DNA of 64,000 nucleotides from Sphyrna mokarran (taxonomy: Eukaryota), in the NCBI GenBank assembly GCA_024679065.1, contig JAGIQG010000032.1, positions 13,144,001 through 13,208,000 on the forward strand, in the 5' to 3' direction. Each line of letters begins with the position of its first letter. Position 1 is the stretch's first letter. This document shows, in pieces, positions 27,141 to 37,625 of this stretch. The notes under the pieces were generated by a model, which saw only the letters and a list, made by a program, of their open reading frames with translations, ran no database searches and was not told where the DNA came from. A program made the translations under genes and the position numbers.

Positions 27141-27739
27141 ATTGTCCAGGCTCACTTATCTTACCCCCTTTTGGGCGAGGTCCTTAACGTCAAGGATCAT
27201 AGGTGGTCCCCACCATCTGTCATGAAGTGTAATGGAGAACAGGGTGAAGTAGAAATGGTTGAGAGCTTCAGGTTTTAAAGTGTCCAGATCACCAACAACC
27301 TGTCTTGGTACCCCACATGTTGACACTTAAGTTAAGAAAGCTCACAAGTGTCTCTACTTTCTCAGAAGACTAAGGAAATTTGGCATTTCAGCGACGCCTC
27401 TCACCAACTTTTACAGATGCCCCATAGAAAGCATTCCTTCTGGTTGTATTACAGCTTGGTATGGTTCCTGTTTTGCCCAAGATCACAAGAAGCTACAAAA
27501 CATTGTGAATGTAGCCCAATCCATCACACAAACCAGCCCCCCACCTATTGATTCTGTCTACACTTCTTGCTGCCTCAGCAAAGCAACCAGCATAACTAAG
27601 AACCATATGCATCACAGACATTCTCTCTCTTCTACCTTCTTCTATCAGGAAAAAGATACAAAAGCTTGAAGTCACATGCCAACCAACTCAAGAACAGCAT
27701 CTTCCCTGCTGTTCCCACATTTTTCAATGGACCTACTTT
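26458..27739 (+). repeat. Direct duplication: 26458-26553 is identical to 27644-27739
   Basis: 96 nt, no mismatch on manual comparison (atcaggaaaaagatacaaaagc...atggacctacttt). Confidence 0.95.
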
Positions 27740-27892
27740 ACATTAAGTTGATCTTTCTCTATGAGCTAGCTATGACTGTAACACTACATTCTGCACTCTC
27801 TCTTTTCCTTCTCTATGAATGTTATGTTTTGTCTATATACTGCAAGAAACAACACTTTTCACTGTATACCAATACGTGACAATAAATCAAAT
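27218..27892 (+). mobile_element. Rex1/Babar-type LINE 3' fragment inserted in a GC-rich repeat
   Basis: Decayed RT C-terminus (VESFRF..QITNNLSW..VKKAH..LYFLRRLRKFG..TNFYRCPIESI.SGCITAWYG) and tail aataaatcaaatc. CACCA occurs near both junctions. Confidence 0.75.
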
Positions 27893-28375
27893 CCAGTCAC
27901 CAACAGGGACCAGATGTGATGGTCTTGTCAGCATGATCAGAGGCAATTGAAGCTCTCCCAGGTGATTAGGTCAGAATTGGGCAGTGCCCATGAGGCAGTG
28001 CCAGTCTGGCAACTTGGCAGTGCCAGGGAGTGGGGCTTTGGGAGTGGAGCCTGAGGAGGATGCAGGAAACTGGGATAGTGGAGGGAGGGGAGGTCCATAG
28101 AAGGAGAAGGTGGGGGGAACTCTGCAGGGTTGATTGTAGGGGCAGCGATCAGAAAGATGGGGCAGCGATTGGGGTTGGGGTGATGCAAAGGTGGGTGAGG
28201 GGGGGAGTGACAGATCTCCCAGTGGAGTGTGTACAGTGTACTGGGAGAAGATTGGAGCACCTGTGCAGTAGTGTCACTAGAGCTCAGCAACTGGCATCAC
28301 AGATGAACTGCATCTCCATACCCCACTCCCCACCACTGCCACCGCATTCCCTGCATCCTCCCCCCCCCCCCCCCA

Positions 28376-28406
<31 letters not shown>

Positions 28407-28699
28407 GCAAGGTTCACCATACAGCTTCTATATTGCACAGAGTGCTGTAAGTTCCCATTACTTACCTTGCTAAAAAAAACTGGTGAAAAAACTGTTTTCT
28501 CGCCAGTTCAACAATTAGAATTTTTTTGAGAAAATTCAGCTCCACATCTTTCCCTTTTGTTTAAAACTCACAATCCCAACATAGTTAGAATCTTACATAA
28601 GAAAATTGGTGACAAGTTGAGGTTTTATTTTCTTAAGAACGTTAAGAAAAGATCGTAAAAGAAAAATAACATTGTGGATTCTCACACTAAGAATATTAG

Positions 28700-29235
28700 A
28701 ATGCTGGGGAGAAACAACAACAGGAAGGAGCTACAACTGAACACCGTGTACATGCAGGGCAATCACACAGATTCTGGGTGATTTCAAAGTTAAATGCACA
28801 ATCTAATAGCGTGGAGTTTGATACTACTGCTGTATCTTTAACTCTTGGGACAATGGACCAACAAAAGCTGAAACATTTTCCTTTAAAATCAGCCAGTGTG
28901 ATTTTAAGGACATACATGGAAGAGATTTTGCCGTTAAAAGGTTACATCATGGTCAACGGATAAAGAGCAAAATTATCTCTCCATGTGGTCCGTGGTAATT
29001 TTTTAGCTCTATTTGGGAGATCATGGTTGGAGAAGATAATGCTTAACTGGAGTGTTGTCAACAAATTGATCAATAGCAAAACAGACCTGTAGCACTTTCT
29101 GAATAAATACGAAAGTGTCTTTGAAGACACATTTGGTTCAATGAAGGGAGCTCAAGTGAAACTTAAGTTAAAGCCAACCAAAAAGTCACAAAGCAAAAGC
29201 AGTGCCGTATGCAATTCACCTCACAGTTGGTTTAA
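28700..29235 (+). mobile_element. Gypsy protease/RT-linker remnant
   Basis: ISKLNAQSNSVEFDTTAVSL..LKSASVILRTYMEEILPLKG..LFGRSWLEKIMLNW..NKYESVFEDTFGSMKGAQVKLKLKP. Confidence 0.7.
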
Positions 29236-29239
29236 AGGA

Positions 29240-30120
29240 AGGTGTTTCAACTTTTGTCAATGTGGTGTTCAATTGGAGCTCTTCATCATGTTTCTGGATA
29301 CTCTCTTTTTCACAGTCACAATTCTTTTTTTCCATGTGGTAAATTATTTTGTAGAATGCAACTTGTTTTTCTCCTTCAGGGTATGCAAATTCTTCTTCTG
29401 AATACTCTTCTTAAAGAAAGCCAAGCTGGTTTAGCCCAACAAGCTTTTGCAATATGATCCATTTTGCCACATTTTTTGCATTGATCATCATTGCTCCAGC
29501 ACTCAGTCATTGGCCGATTTTGGCACATCTGTGACATGCTTGTTGCTGTTTTGATTTCTTATAGGCAGTTCCCAACTTGTGGATCTTCATTCCTGCATGA
29601 AGTTGCAAAGCCTCTTTAGCACCCACTTCCATCAACACTGTGATTTTTGACTGCTTTCTTTAAAGTCAACGCATGTTCAGTAAGCAATTTTGTATGGATA
29701 GTCTCAATGTGGAGACTACAGATTAGATAATCTCAAAAAGAATCCTCCAATGACATGCCAGAAAATATTGAGAATGGCTTTTTAAAGTTTCCACAAAATG
29801 AGTAATACATTCGCCTTTCACTTGATTCCTTCAGTAGAATCTAGACTATTCCTTGATTATCAGTGACTTTGAAGTGTAGTGCCGTTCAAGAATCTTTGTC
29901 AAGCCATCGTAGATTTTGGTTCCTCGCTTTGCTGGATGATCTAAGCTCTGGAGCAAATTAAAGGTTTGGCTTCTTATTGTACTGAGGAAAAACTGGTATG
30001 ACTAGCTCAGCTGCAATCTTATTTGCTCGTACAGAGTAATGAAAACGCTCAGCATAAAAACTCCATGATTCATTTTCTTCTTTGAAAGTGTACATGATTT
30101 CTAATAGACCCATCATTTTT
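29240..30120 (-). mobile_element. Gypsy gag remnant
   Basis: Minus strand begins MMGLLEIMYTFKEENESWSFYAERF and later shows Zn-knuckle-like CHRC.. and KKCGKMDHIAKAC motifs. Confidence 0.65.
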
Positions 30121-30734
30121 CTGGCAGGCACTAGTGAATGGAGACTACTTGGTAATTTTTTTACTGTTTTCCCAATACTCCTCTTTTTACCCGGAGACTA
30201 TTGATTTGATGTATTTTTTTTCAAATGATCGCAGCTGTAGAGCAAAGCATACCATTTTCCAAATATACCAGATCATGTCTGGAATCTCACCTTTCTCTGA
30301 TCGGGGGAAAAAAAAACACACAAAGAATTTTTCTTACTTGACTGTTCCTGGCACTGGCTCTTTAATCTTTAATCCTGTTGTTGCTTCTCCCCAGCCTTTG
30401 AATATTGCAAGTGTGAGAACCCACAATGACATTTCTTGTACTTAAGTTGTTTCTTGATGTTCTCAATGAAACCAAGTTCCCATTTGCCTCCAATTTTCTT
30501 TTTATAATGTCATAATTATGTTAAGGGTTGTGAATTTCATACAGATAGAAAAGACTTGGTTTGCACATGTAGATTCAAACTAACACAACAGGTGTTGTTG
30601 AGAGATGTTTTCTGCTGTCACAGAATGCAAAATTGAAAGTAACGCATTAACCTATGCAAGCGCCCTAATGACATCACCATTAATTCATGCGATTGGTTCT
30701 CAAAACAACTAACAACCATTTTAAGTAGAGAACA

Positions 30735-31300
30735 CAAGGCGATTTGACTACAAGAATAAAGAAGTCTTGCTATAGAGTTGTGCTGAGATTGCATCTGGAA
30801 TACTATGTGTAGTTTTGGCCTCCGTATTTGAGAAAAGATATAGTTGCATTTGCAGCAGTACAGCAAAGCTTCACTATCTTGGTCCCTGGGATGAAGGGGT
30901 TGTCCTATGATAGGCTGAATAAATTGGGCTTATTGTCTGGAGTTTAGAAGGATGAGAGGTGATCTCATTGAAAGCTACAAAATTCTGAAGAATGAATGCT
31001 TAAAGCTAGTCAGGGAATCTAAAACATAGGGCACAGTATCAGGATAAAGGACCAATCATTTAGGACTGAAATGAAGAGAAGTGTTTTCACTCAGGGTTGT
31101 AAATCTTTGGGATTCTCTACCCCAGACTCATCATTGAACACATGTAAGGTTCGGATAGACATGTGTCTCAAAATGAAGTACATGGGAGAAGGTGGGGGAA
31201 AAGGATTTGAAGCACAGGATCAGCCATGATTGCATAAAATGATGGAGCAGGCTTACTTTACTGTATGGTCTACCCCTGCTCCTATTTCTTTGTTCTTGTG
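30735..31300 (+). mobile_element. CR1 LINE 3' fragment
   Basis: Decayed HLEYYV.FWPPYLRKDIVA..RRMRGDLIESYKIL and a CR1-type 3' UTR. Confidence 0.75.
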
Positions 31301-33654
31301 CTCAGACACCTGAAAAATGCTCTAATCCACCATTGCATTGCTCCCTTTCAGACATTTTTGAGACTCTGGGTATTAGTCCATGAAGTTCGACTTCTTTGCA
31401 CTGTTTCACATTCATAACATTCAATTTTTCTTTGTTGGAAGTAGGGCAGATTTTCTTGGGGTCTTTCTAAACAGATGTGAATCGATAAGTAAAGAATTTG
31501 AAGACGAAACAGATCACCTCTCCCCATGACTTAAATTGATCACAGTCCCTGTTACTAATTGCAATTCAAAGATACCCGAAAGAAGATAGATCATTAAGGT
31601 CAGAATGAGACTCAGCCATGAGACTGGACTCAGTGAAAAGCTGAATTTAAGTCTTTGCCTGTGTTCAAACACAACTTGAACAACTAGAAGGATGGGCAGC
31701 ACCTATGAAATGTACCCAAATCAGAGCCAATGTTTAAACGACAGCAGAGAAAAATGGCAAAAAAGTTGCTAATTGTACTTTTCAAAGAGTTATCTCCTGT
31801 GTCTCCAGCTTTGCTCCTTTTCAATTGGGAATCAGATAATCCAATGTTTAGTATTTGTTCCTGCTCTCCCTTTATCAGCACCTTATCTTCCATTATCATA
31901 ACATTGAATTTTAAATCAGATTATTCTCTGAGCCAGAAGTTGCATTCCAGTATTCTTGAAAATGTATCAAGCATACTTATTTAAAATCTGGCTAAATGAA
32001 ATTGCCAAAATACATTTAGTCTCAAATGTTTTGAAAGATTTCTTTTAAAATCCTTTAGATGCTTTAAGGCTGAACTTACTGTAGTGTTTTGTAATTTTTG
32101 CAATATTTAGTATATTTGTATTGCTACAAATGTTTCTTGGTTAGCTTCAGCAAACAATTGGATAATTAAGCCAGTTTTAAGCTAAACAGTTGCCGTTTCT
32201 GGGCAATATCAGATCACCCTTACAGTACAATACTGAGATAACTAAACTTTGCAAAAGTTGTAAAACACATTTCAATTGGGTGATTGTGGAATGAATCAAG
32301 TTTTTCTTCAGATGATGTCTTCGTTGGTCAGACAACTTAATTATTGGAGCTGAATTATGCGCTCACACAACATCTTTTGTACTCATTTGAAAAGAGAAGC
32401 AAAACCCAGCAGATTCATTGTTGCATGTATTTGGGCCAAATATGATAGGTTATCAGAGGATGCGAAATGTTCCAAATTACATCACACTAAAAATCTTTAC
32501 TTTGGAAGTTTGTGACTAATATTGTTGCACTGCTATCGATGGCATGGTTTTCTACGGAACTTTGCTCGCTTCTATATTTAATATTTATCCTTTGTTACAA
32601 CTAGCCTCAAATGAGATTCCACAAAAGTTGTTGATTGGATGAAACACCTCAGTTTGAACGTACCCTCTGCTAGTAGCAACAGAGATTCCCTTTCGCTTGG
32701 ATACTTCTTCCAGGCCCAGTAGTTATATTTAAAAATCAACCAATTCAACCAGGTTTTTTTGAGTTAAGATGGAGTAAGTTTATTAACTATGAAAAAGATA
32801 AATAGAAATAGTAAAAAAAAGCTTCTACATTTATGCAGATTCGAAGTAAGAATTAAGTTGAATAGTAAGTAAACATAAATAAAAAGTTGTACGGAACAGT
32901 CCTTGAGTTTAGAGTAGAAGCCTAGATTGATTCGAACCGTTGACTTTTGTAGGCAAATAGTTGACTCTTCAGTTCAGGTTCCCTGTCATTTGCTAGAGAG
33001 AATACAGTTCTTTTTCCAGCTGGGATCCTCTGTTGATTGATCAACCTTCACAGTCAATGTAGGCAATTATATCCAGTGGCTTTAGCTGAGATGTATTCTC
33101 TGAGAGAAACTCCGGCAGTTATTCCTGTCAGTGGCTGGAATCTGTGTGCATTTTCAAAATATAAAACTCTTTAAAGTCAAATATTTCTGTGTATAATTCC
33201 AGGGTTTTCTCCATCATCGTATCATTTTACTTGCCATTTTGAGAAATACAATACTTGTTCATTAATACATAACTGTTCTATTGAATAATAATGTGAATAC
33301 AATAAGTATTTCCCCAAAAATGTTAATGGAACTTATATTTGTGTTGAAGAAGATTCAAATAAATTTTATTTCTCAGTAGGTTAATGGGCTTATGTGATGT
33401 GACAGTCTTACTGAGAAAACAGATTGTTATCAGACTTAAGTGCCCAAAGTAATATGTTGTTCATCAGTCAGGTTTTATTTAGAAGTATTTTCTGACGTAT
33501 TTTGGTTGTTTTATAGCTTTTCAAATGCTGTTCAAAGAATAAACACTGCATTTCCCTCTACATTGTTTTCAAATATGCACATTTCTTTTATGCAAAACCA
33601 ATTTTTTGGACATTTCTAATGTGTTGTGTAATATAGAATAAAAGGTATGAGCTG

Positions 33655-33930
33655 AGGAAGTGCATCATGGTAATGTCACTGGACTAGTAATTCAGAAACC
33701 TAATGCAAGGCTCTGGGGACTTGGGTTCAAATCCCATCATGGCAGATGGTGACATTTGAATTCAATATGAAACCATTGTTAATTGTCATAAAACCCATCT
33801 GATTTACTAATGTATTTTAAGAAAAGAAATATGATGTTCTTACCTGATTTGGCCTACATGTGATTCCAGATCCATAGCAATGTGGTTGACTCTTAAATGC
33901 CCTCAAGGATGAGCAATAAATGCTGTTAAA
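33655..33930 (+). mobile_element. tRNA-derived SINE with LINE-derived tail (second family)
   Basis: ggtaatgtcactggactagtaa..gggttcaaatccc (B box)..gcaataaatgctg tail; a related copy lies at ~41565-42080. Confidence 0.7.
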
Positions 33931-34379
33931 ATGTGTTTTTTATCTTTATTTCTAGTTAAAAGAAATAATGTAGTAAGGATATAAAGTTTATCATGTATAA
34001 CTACAATTGCATAACTCAATTCAACATCTTAAAGTATCACAATATTTTGGTGCATTGCATTGTAGAGAACTACATGTTATCTGGCAATCCTGTGAATTCT
34101 TACCAGTATATTGACTGAAATTGGTCATTGGCGTCTAGAGCCAGAAATAAAATAATGGCAAAATACTGCCCTTGATTTTTTATTTTGTTCATTCAACTTG
34201 GGATGTAGGCCTCACTGGCAAGGTCAGCGTTTCTTGCCCACTCTCAAGAAGGTGGTGGTGAGTTTTGTTTTTGAGCTGCTGCAACCCATGTCTCTAACAG
34301 AATGCTATTAGAGACAGAGTTACAAATTTTTGATAGATGTATTATTCTGTTTCTTTGTCCAGGTAATTCATATAAACTT

Positions 34380-35140
34380 GAAAATAGCTGATATCCCAGG
34401 ACTGATTCTGGGAGCACTCTACTAGTTGGAGTCTGCCAAATTGCAAGTGCTCTGTTTATTGCTGTTTATTTAGTCTCCTTCTGCTTCTATTTGTTAATTA
34501 GTCCTCCATCATGCTAATATGTTATCCTCAACTCTGTGAGACATTATTTTGCATGTTAATATACTGATGGAATGCATTTTGAAAATCCAAGTATACCACA
34601 TCAACTGATTCCTCTTTGTTTAGTCTACTAGTTATATCCTTAAAAACCCAAAGAGTATTCCATATCCTCAAAGAAATTTATAAAACCTTGTTAACTTTTT
34701 TTGATCATAATGTGACTGTCTCAGTGCATTAAGACTTATTAATAATAAATTGAAGTATTTCCTTGACAATGACGTCAGGGTAATTGACCTGTAGTTCCCT
34801 GTTTTTCCTCTCCCCTTTTCTTGAAAAGTTGTGTTACATTTGTTACCAATCCACTGAGGCAGTCCTAGAATCTCAGAAACTTTGGAAGACCATAATTAGT
34901 GCATCCATTATATCTCCAGCTACTTCTTTTTGAACCCTGGATGTAGTCCATCAAATCAGGCATTTGTTGGCTTTTAGTTTCTATAATTTCTCCAATACTT
35001 TTCCGTGCTGATATTAATTACCCTCAGTTCACCCCAATTATTAGCCCGTAGGTAATTACTATCTTCTACTTTATATACAGACTAAAACATTTGTTCAAGT
35101 CTCTGCCATTTCCCCATCCCCACAATAATTTCTCTTGTAA
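34380..35140 (-). mobile_element. CR1 LINE RT-region fragment, highly decayed
   Basis: Reverse-strand similarity to the 52762-53232 RT region (e.g. gacctgtagttccctgtttttcc, aaaatccaagtataccacatc). Confidence 0.6.
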
Positions 35141-37104
35141 ACTAATTTTAGAAGGTGATCAAAATGCTGCCCAAGGTGGCCACCATAATCAGGTGATGTT
35201 TTGTCATTCCAGACAGAATCTTGGCTGACCATGCTTCTGTAAAGCTGTTAAAATGTAAATGACCATGAACAGAATACCCACCTCTGACTAGACATTCACA
35301 ATGTGAAAGCATTTGTGAGTTTACACCTGTTGATGGGATATTTACCCCAAACTCTCATCTTCATGTCTCCAAGTTTGAAGCTTAACAAAAAGCTGTGCAG
35401 ACCAATTCATCAGAAGCAGATGTGAACAATTACCTTTGAAATTATGTAGCAATGGCTCCTAAATTCATTGTGTGTACAATGGAGATATTGATTAGGACAT
35501 CGTATGACTAAACTGTACTCAGATGATCAATCTTTCTTACTCGCAATGGCAGAGAGACCAAGGAGGTTTGCAAGCCATTAGGACAATAGGGCCCATTCAT
35601 TCAGCTTGGAGAACAGAACCTTGTCTAACAATCACTCAATCCAGGCGTTCTGAGAGGGACTTGTTGGTTTTCACTTGCAAAGATCTGCCTCTACAGAAAT
35701 TTGACATAATGCTGTCTGTAAATCCAGACATTTCTATCTTGCATTCATCTCCAAGGAACCATGAATGACAATTCACCCAGAGCTGTTTGGTGTAAACTTT
35801 GGAATAACTCAATCTCAACATGAGTTATTACTTGTATTCTGTTAATATTCTAGCAACATGTTTTCTTCTCTGGAATCCATTTTTACTTCTGTGTATTTAT
35901 CTGTATGCATGAGGGAATGAATGTTTTCTGTTGCATTTATATTTCATGGCTTGTAAATAAACATGATCTTTTCTTCTGATTTGAACTTATCCAAAAGCCC
36001 GCTTCATGTCCATTTCTGAAGTCACAACACCAAAAAGATAAAGCACTCCCTCTAAGTATACACCTTTTTTGCAGACAGCCAGGAAATGGGAACCTCAGGG
36101 CAAAGTTACCATTTCTCTCCCATCTATATTAGTAAAAGATGTGTGTAGATTCACAGAATAATACAAGAAGATAACTATTTACCCCATTGTGCCTGTGCCA
36201 GCTTTTTGAAACATCTGTCCAATTAGGCCCACCTATCCCTCTTTTCCCATAGCTCTGCAAGTATTTATCCATTTGATTTTTGAACACTTTTATTGAATTT
36301 GCTTCCCTGTTTCAGACTATGCATTCCAGAACATCATAACTTGCTATTCATAGTGCCCCTCCTTCTTTTGCCCATCACCTTAAATCTGTTTTCTGTTTAC
36401 TATTCCTCCTGCCACAAGAAACAGTGTAACTGTTGTATACATTGTGAAAATATTGTTTAAAAAAAAATCACAGTGGCGAACTACTGTAAGGAGGGAAGGA
36501 AGAAAGAGTAAATGTAAATAACAAACATTAGCTTCATTGTTCCTATTTTAAGCACCTTTTACATATAAATAAAAATATCTCTGGTTGATTTGGGGGGTAG
36601 GAGAGTAGAATAACCATCTAAGAAGCATTCAAGTTAGAAATGGATAACTATCTGGTTGTCCTGTCATAAAATGTTATTAGAATGCTTACAATAAAATATA
36701 TATTGACCATGTTATTTCCCACCAATCAACTGCAAACATATATTGAAAAAATGGCAGTGATTTGTTCACAATCATTAATTCTTTATTATCGGCTATCACA
36801 AATGAAAGGCATAGAACGTTTTTGTTGTCACTAGTATGCGTAGAGAGCTAATGAGGCCTTAAAAAGGACCTAAAGCAAAGTAAAGCACCCAGTGTTTTGC
36901 AGTGTACATTATTCTTATTCCTGAATTGAATACAGTTTTAAATGGAACTGAGAGGAATCCTAGTGTACAGATGAACTAGTCATTTAAATGTAGCAACGTG
37001 AGTACGTAAAGCCATAAAAGAAAAAGGCAAACCGAATGATTGGTTTGCAATTGGAGGTGTAGAGTACAAATCAAGGGGATATTCTGAACTTATTGCAAGA
37101 TATT

Positions 37105-37302
37105 GGGCTACACGGTGTCGGTGTCGGTGTCGAGTGCCTCCCGTTACTTGCCTGGGGTGCGGACAGATGGGTGCCGCACTCCGCCTTTATACGCAGCATG
37201 TTGTTGGGAACGTGGTGCTAAAATGTTTGTAGACGACCTAATTCTGGCTCAGGGTTTTGTAAGTAGCAGAGCAGCTATCTCGCTGCGATCTATTGAAAGT
37301 CA
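37105..37302 (+). pseudogene. Retroposed fragment of the 3' end of 28S rRNA (not a functional rRNA gene)
   Basis: 37192-37302 (cgcagcatgttgttgggaacgtggtgctaaaatgtttgtagacgacctaattctggctcagggttttgtaagtagcagagcagctatctcgctgcgatctattgaaagtca) follows the conserved LSU 3' sequence GGGAACCTGGCGCTAAA..GTAGACGACCTG.TTCTGGGTCGGGGTTTCGTACGTAGCAGAGCAGCTCCCTCGCTGCGATCTATTGAAAGTCA. The upstream GC-rich part resembles the last expansion segment. The 5' limit is approximate. Confidence 0.9.
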
Positions 37303-37308
37303 TATTAA

Positions 37309-37625
37309 GGGCACCATGACAGCTCAGAGACTATCGATGTGGCTGTGCAGACACTTGGAATTGGGCCGGTGTCTGCGGGAGTTTGCGCGTTCTCCCCGTG
37401 GTTGCGTGGGTTTTCTCCGGGCGCTCCAGTTTCCTCCCACAACCCAAAAATTTGCTCTTAGGCTGATTGGGAAACAAATTGTCCCTATAGTGAGAGTCTT
37501 CCATATTAGGAATAACCTAAATTTATAATAGGATAATGGAATTGCTACTATATAGTTATGATGGCAGCGCGGGCTCGTTGGGCCGAAGGGCCTGTTTCCC
37601 GTGCTGTGTTGCTCTTAACTCTATA
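37309..37625 (+). mobile_element. V-domain SINE body with decayed tRNA head and CR1-type tail, fused to the 28S fragment
   Basis: V-domain core ggagtttgcgcgttctccccgtggttgcgtgggttttctccgggcgctccagtttcctcccaca and CR1-like 3' end gggctcgttgggccgaagggcctgtttcccgtgctgt. The head aligns only loosely with HE1 and has no B box. Confidence 0.85.

Noticed and set aside
37105-37302. Functional 28S rRNA gene or rDNA unit
   Set aside because: Only ~200 nt of the 3' end are present, with no 18S, 5.8S or rest of the LSU, and it is embedded in retroposon sequence.
37103-37528. 141-aa ORF on the + strand
   Set aside because: It runs across the 28S fragment and SINE body, has a non-ATG start and no protein motif; a chance ORF in GC-rich sequence.
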